Virus record (IMG/VR): IMGVR_UViG_3300043607_000048
Location: 1-57,857 of that record
Source: a virus
Taxonomy: Duplodnaviria > Caudoviricetes
Reading direction: 5' to 3' (one strand)
DNA length: 57,857 bases
The first letter of the stretch is position 1; every line of letters starts with the position of its first letter. A model generated the notes under the pieces. It was not told the DNA's origin. It did not search any database and saw only the letters and a list, made by a program, of their open reading frames with translations. The position numbers and the translations under genes were made by a program. Below, piece after piece: positions 55,644 to 57,857 of the stretch.

Positions 55644-56837
55644 TCAGTTTGTTAGTACGGTGTTTCCTGCCCCGATCAAAATTCCTTTGTCAACTAAACC
55701 GGCAGCATCCGGCGCGGTGTTGGTTCCTCCAGCCAGTGCATAGATACTGACCGTGGTGCCGGAAGCAACTCCGCGTCTGAGGATACCATCTATTCCTGTT
55801 CCGGCTGCGGAGTTTCCAACTGCGATTCCGCACCCTGAAAAATCTAAAGTGGCTCCGTCCGTAATGACAAATGACGGCATGGAGACGTTGGCTAGAGCTG
55901 GGCTTGAGTCTAAATCCATGTTCCCCCCCAAAGTGGTAAACGCGGGGATCGAAAACGTGGTGAGCGCTGGACAACTGGTTCCGCTAATGTCTCCCCCAAC
56001 GGTAGCCAGAGAGGGAAACGAGAGAACAATGAAAGGCGCACCGTTAAACAGCCAGTCCGTACCAATGCTGTTAAGACTACCCGCTGAGATGCTCGACAGC
56101 GAGGCAGAGATTAGGTCCATTATTCCACCAATGGAGGTCAAGCTGGTGACACTGATCGAGTTTATGAAGTTTGCTCCAGAAAAGGAAAATGCTCCACCTA
56201 CAGTCAGCAGTGAGTTGGCGGTTAAAGAAGTGATAGCCGAAGTGTTGAAATTAAAATCAGTTCCCACTGCCGCCAGACTGCTAATATTTGCGGCGGTGAA
56301 AAGTGTGTTCTGAGCCAAGAAACTTCCAAATACCCGCCTCAGTAACGGCATCGTCAAAGTGACGTCTGGTGATCCCGCAAGGGTCAAATTTCCATACGCC
56401 AAAATCAATGTTGGCAAGGTCAACGTTAGTGGAGCGAAGTCCCGGGAAACGCCAACTGACGATGTGAACGCTGAACAGGTGGAACTGCACGCCCTGACTT
56501 GGTATTCCCAATGCGTGTTTACTGCCATTGCCGCAACATCTGTGAATGTGTGTGTGGTACCGGCGACTGACGAGTAGAGAGCAAATGCCCCACCGTTCAC
56601 CGATTTCCAAATCTCATTGGTTGTAGGGACGTCTGAATTTGTCCAAGTCACGATGGTGTTCCCGGCAACCGAAGCGTTAGAAATATCAATGCTGCCGGGA
56701 ATAGCCGGTCCGGTTGGAACATTCGCGTACTGACAGAGGAGATAAGTCTTTATCGACTGCCCAATTGGCCCGCGTGTGCAGTCATTGAAGCACCGGGCCG
56801 CATTGCCGAGCGTGGAAGGATCGCAACTGATCGCCAT
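55644..56837 (-). CDS. Fibre/decoration protein: CDPS module + FN3 + L-domain/LRR-like solenoid
   Basis: N-terminal CDPSTLGNAARCF; WTN..EIWKS...YQVRA (FN3); ~22-aa L.S(V/I)GG repeats. Confidence 0.65.
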   Translation of the reverse strand: MAISCDPSTLGNAARCFNDCTRGPIGQSIKTYLLCQYANVPTGPAIPGSIDISNASVAGNTIVTWTNSDVPTTNEIWKSVNGGAFALYSSVAGTTHTFTDVAAMAVNTHWEYQVRACSSTCSAFTSSVGVSRDFAPLTLTLPTLILAYGNLTLAGSPDVTLTMPLLRRVFGSFLAQNTLFTAANISSLAAVGTDFNFNTSAITSLTANSLLTVGGAFSFSGANFINSISVTSLTSIGGIMDLISASLSSISAGSLNSIGTDWLFNGAPFIVLSFPSLATVGGDISGTSCPALTTFSIPAFTTLGGNMDLDSSPALANVSMPSFVITDGATLDFSGCGIAVGNSAAGTGIDGILRRGVASGTTVSIYALAGGTNTAPDAAGLVDKGILIGAGNTVLTN

Positions 56838-56838
56838 G

Positions 56839-57189
56839 TCATTTGTTTACGATTTGGCAGAGCAAATAATTCTGCACCGCCAATTGTTCTCCGGTTGGTA
56901 TGCAGTCCAGAAAACACCGCGCATTGTTGGCCAGCGTTGACGGGTCCATACTGCCGCCCGCGATGAGCGCCAAGAGGTAGGTCTGCACCGCCATTTGATG
57001 CCCGGGCGGGATGCAAGAATCGAAGCAGGTCGCCGCGTTCGCCAGTGAAGAAGGATCGCAATTTACTGCCATAAGATTTGAAAAGTTACAGAGCAGGTAG
57101 CTCTTGACCGCCGCGCCCATTCCGCGAACACAGTCGAGCTGGCATCTGGCCAAATTCGCCAACTCCGAAGGATCGCAAGTCAAAGGCAC
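56839..57189 (-). CDS. Protein of three tandem ~38-aa Cys-rich repeats
   Basis: (C)DPSxLANxAxCxxxC...AVxxYLL three times. Confidence 0.7.
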   Translation of the reverse strand: MPLTCDPSELANLARCQLDCVRGMGAAVKSYLLCNFSNLMAVNCDPSSLANAATCFDSCIPPGHQMAVQTYLLALIAGGSMDPSTLANNARCFLDCIPTGEQLAVQNYLLCQIVNK

Positions 57190-57201
57190 CGGGAGTCATC
57201 G

Positions 57202-57510
57202 TTACCCATACATCGAATCCGGCGCGCCACTTCCGCCCGCGCCCTCTGGAGCCTCTGGAGCCATGCCCTCTTTCGGCGCTCCTTCATCGTCGGCTTTTTC
57301 GGGCGCATAAGAGACTTCGTACTCCTTTTCATGGATCGCCTCAATTTTCACAACCATTTCGTCCCCCACCTTCATGTCCGGGCACACGTCCCGGTTAATC
57401 AGGTAGGTCTGCCCGCTCTCGGCGGCTTCTTTACGATCCTGCTTTTCGGCTGCGGGTTCGGGAGCCATTGAGGGACCGCCGCCGCCGTACATGTCTTCTT
57501 CTCCGGGCAT
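57202..57510 (-). CDS. Small acidic protein downstream of the capsid gene
   Basis: Acidic termini around a short beta core (MKVGDEMVVKI..YEVSY). Confidence 0.6.
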   Translation of the reverse strand: MPGEEDMYGGGGPSMAPEPAAEKQDRKEAAESGQTYLINRDVCPDMKVGDEMVVKIEAIHEKEYEVSYAPEKADDEGAPKEGMAPEAPEGAGGSGAPDSMYG

Positions 57511-57544
57511 AGGTTGTATTTACGTTTTGTTGTTGTAGGAGCAT

Positions 57545-57580
57545 GGCCCCTGCCGGTCAACAACTTTCCCGGCAAGGGCC
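57545..57580 (-). terminator. Hairpin after the capsid stop (terminator or stabiliser)
   Basis: GGCCCTTGCCGG/CCGGCAGGGGCC on the minus strand; no clear U-tract. Confidence 0.4.
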
Positions 57581-57608
57581 AATTCCTTAACCGCTATGTG
57601 CCCTCGGG

Positions 57609-57857
57609 TTAAAGGTCAGAAGCCGGGGTCTGCGGCATAGCCGTGGGCGGCTGAGGCACCGGGCCGTCTGTCGCGCCGGTCGGAACACCCATGCCAAACG
57701 CAGCCGTAGTGTACAAAGGATTGTACGCGGAGGGCGGCGGGCAAGCGGGCAATCCGCTCTCGTAATTCTGAGAGGGGTATCCCGGGCTGGTGTTACAGGT
57801 CGAGATTTCCGGGATGCAGAACTGTTCTCCCCGGTGGAAGTACACTTCCAGAAACTC
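57609..57857 (-). CDS. Major capsid protein, 3' part (enters from the window end)
   Basis: Open from the last base: EFLEVYFHRGEQFCIPEISTC...PASDL*; same strand as, and plausible continuation of, 1243->1. Confidence 0.7.
   Translation of the reverse strand, partial: EFLEVYFHRGEQFCIPEISTCNTSPGYPSQNYESGLPACPPPSAYNPLYTTAAFGMGVPTGATDGPVPQPPTAMPQTPASDL

Noticed and set aside
1-57857. tRNA genes, integrase, reverse transcriptase/DGR, alternative genetic code
   Set aside because: No cloverleaf with a T-loop consensus, recombinase or RT motifs were seen by eye, and genes tile densely under the standard code; tRNAscan-SE and HMM searches would be needed to confirm.

Overview
The window is an almost complete, circularly permuted ~57.9 kb genome of a tailed, podovirus-like bacteriophage. 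It has portal, scaffold, major capsid, adaptor/nozzle and three ejection-type proteins, and no tape measure or sheath. The capsid gene is split by the window ends: 1243->1 continues at 57857->57609, with a short gap. Layout: (i) a minus-strand late arm (15.7 kb -> 1, wrapping to 57.8 -> 38.4 kb) carrying a tailoring-enzyme cluster (three RgpF-like glycosyltransferase candidates, a radical SAM enzyme, two methyltransferases, an ATP-grasp ligase), two HNH-AP2 endonucleases flanking the portal, a LuxR-type HTH gene and an inverted terminase large subunit; (ii) plus-strand early/middle genes (15.8-19.5 and 21.1-38.4 kb) with XRE HTH, GroES-like, Lar-like, AAA+/vWA, Bet/RecT, PD-(D/E)XK exonuclease and RusA-like genes; (iii) a strand-skew switch with short repeats at ~20.4-20.65 kb (candidate origin/terminus). 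The main unexplained signals are a family of structured leaders ending in ACTGAAAGGAAA, five AGTCG-GNRA-CGGCT hairpins inside long stems, and a RusA-like fold whose motifs are divided between two nested reading frames. The host is inferred, not shown, to be Verrucomicrobiota. All calls are from motif recognition by eye; no searches or folding programs were run.
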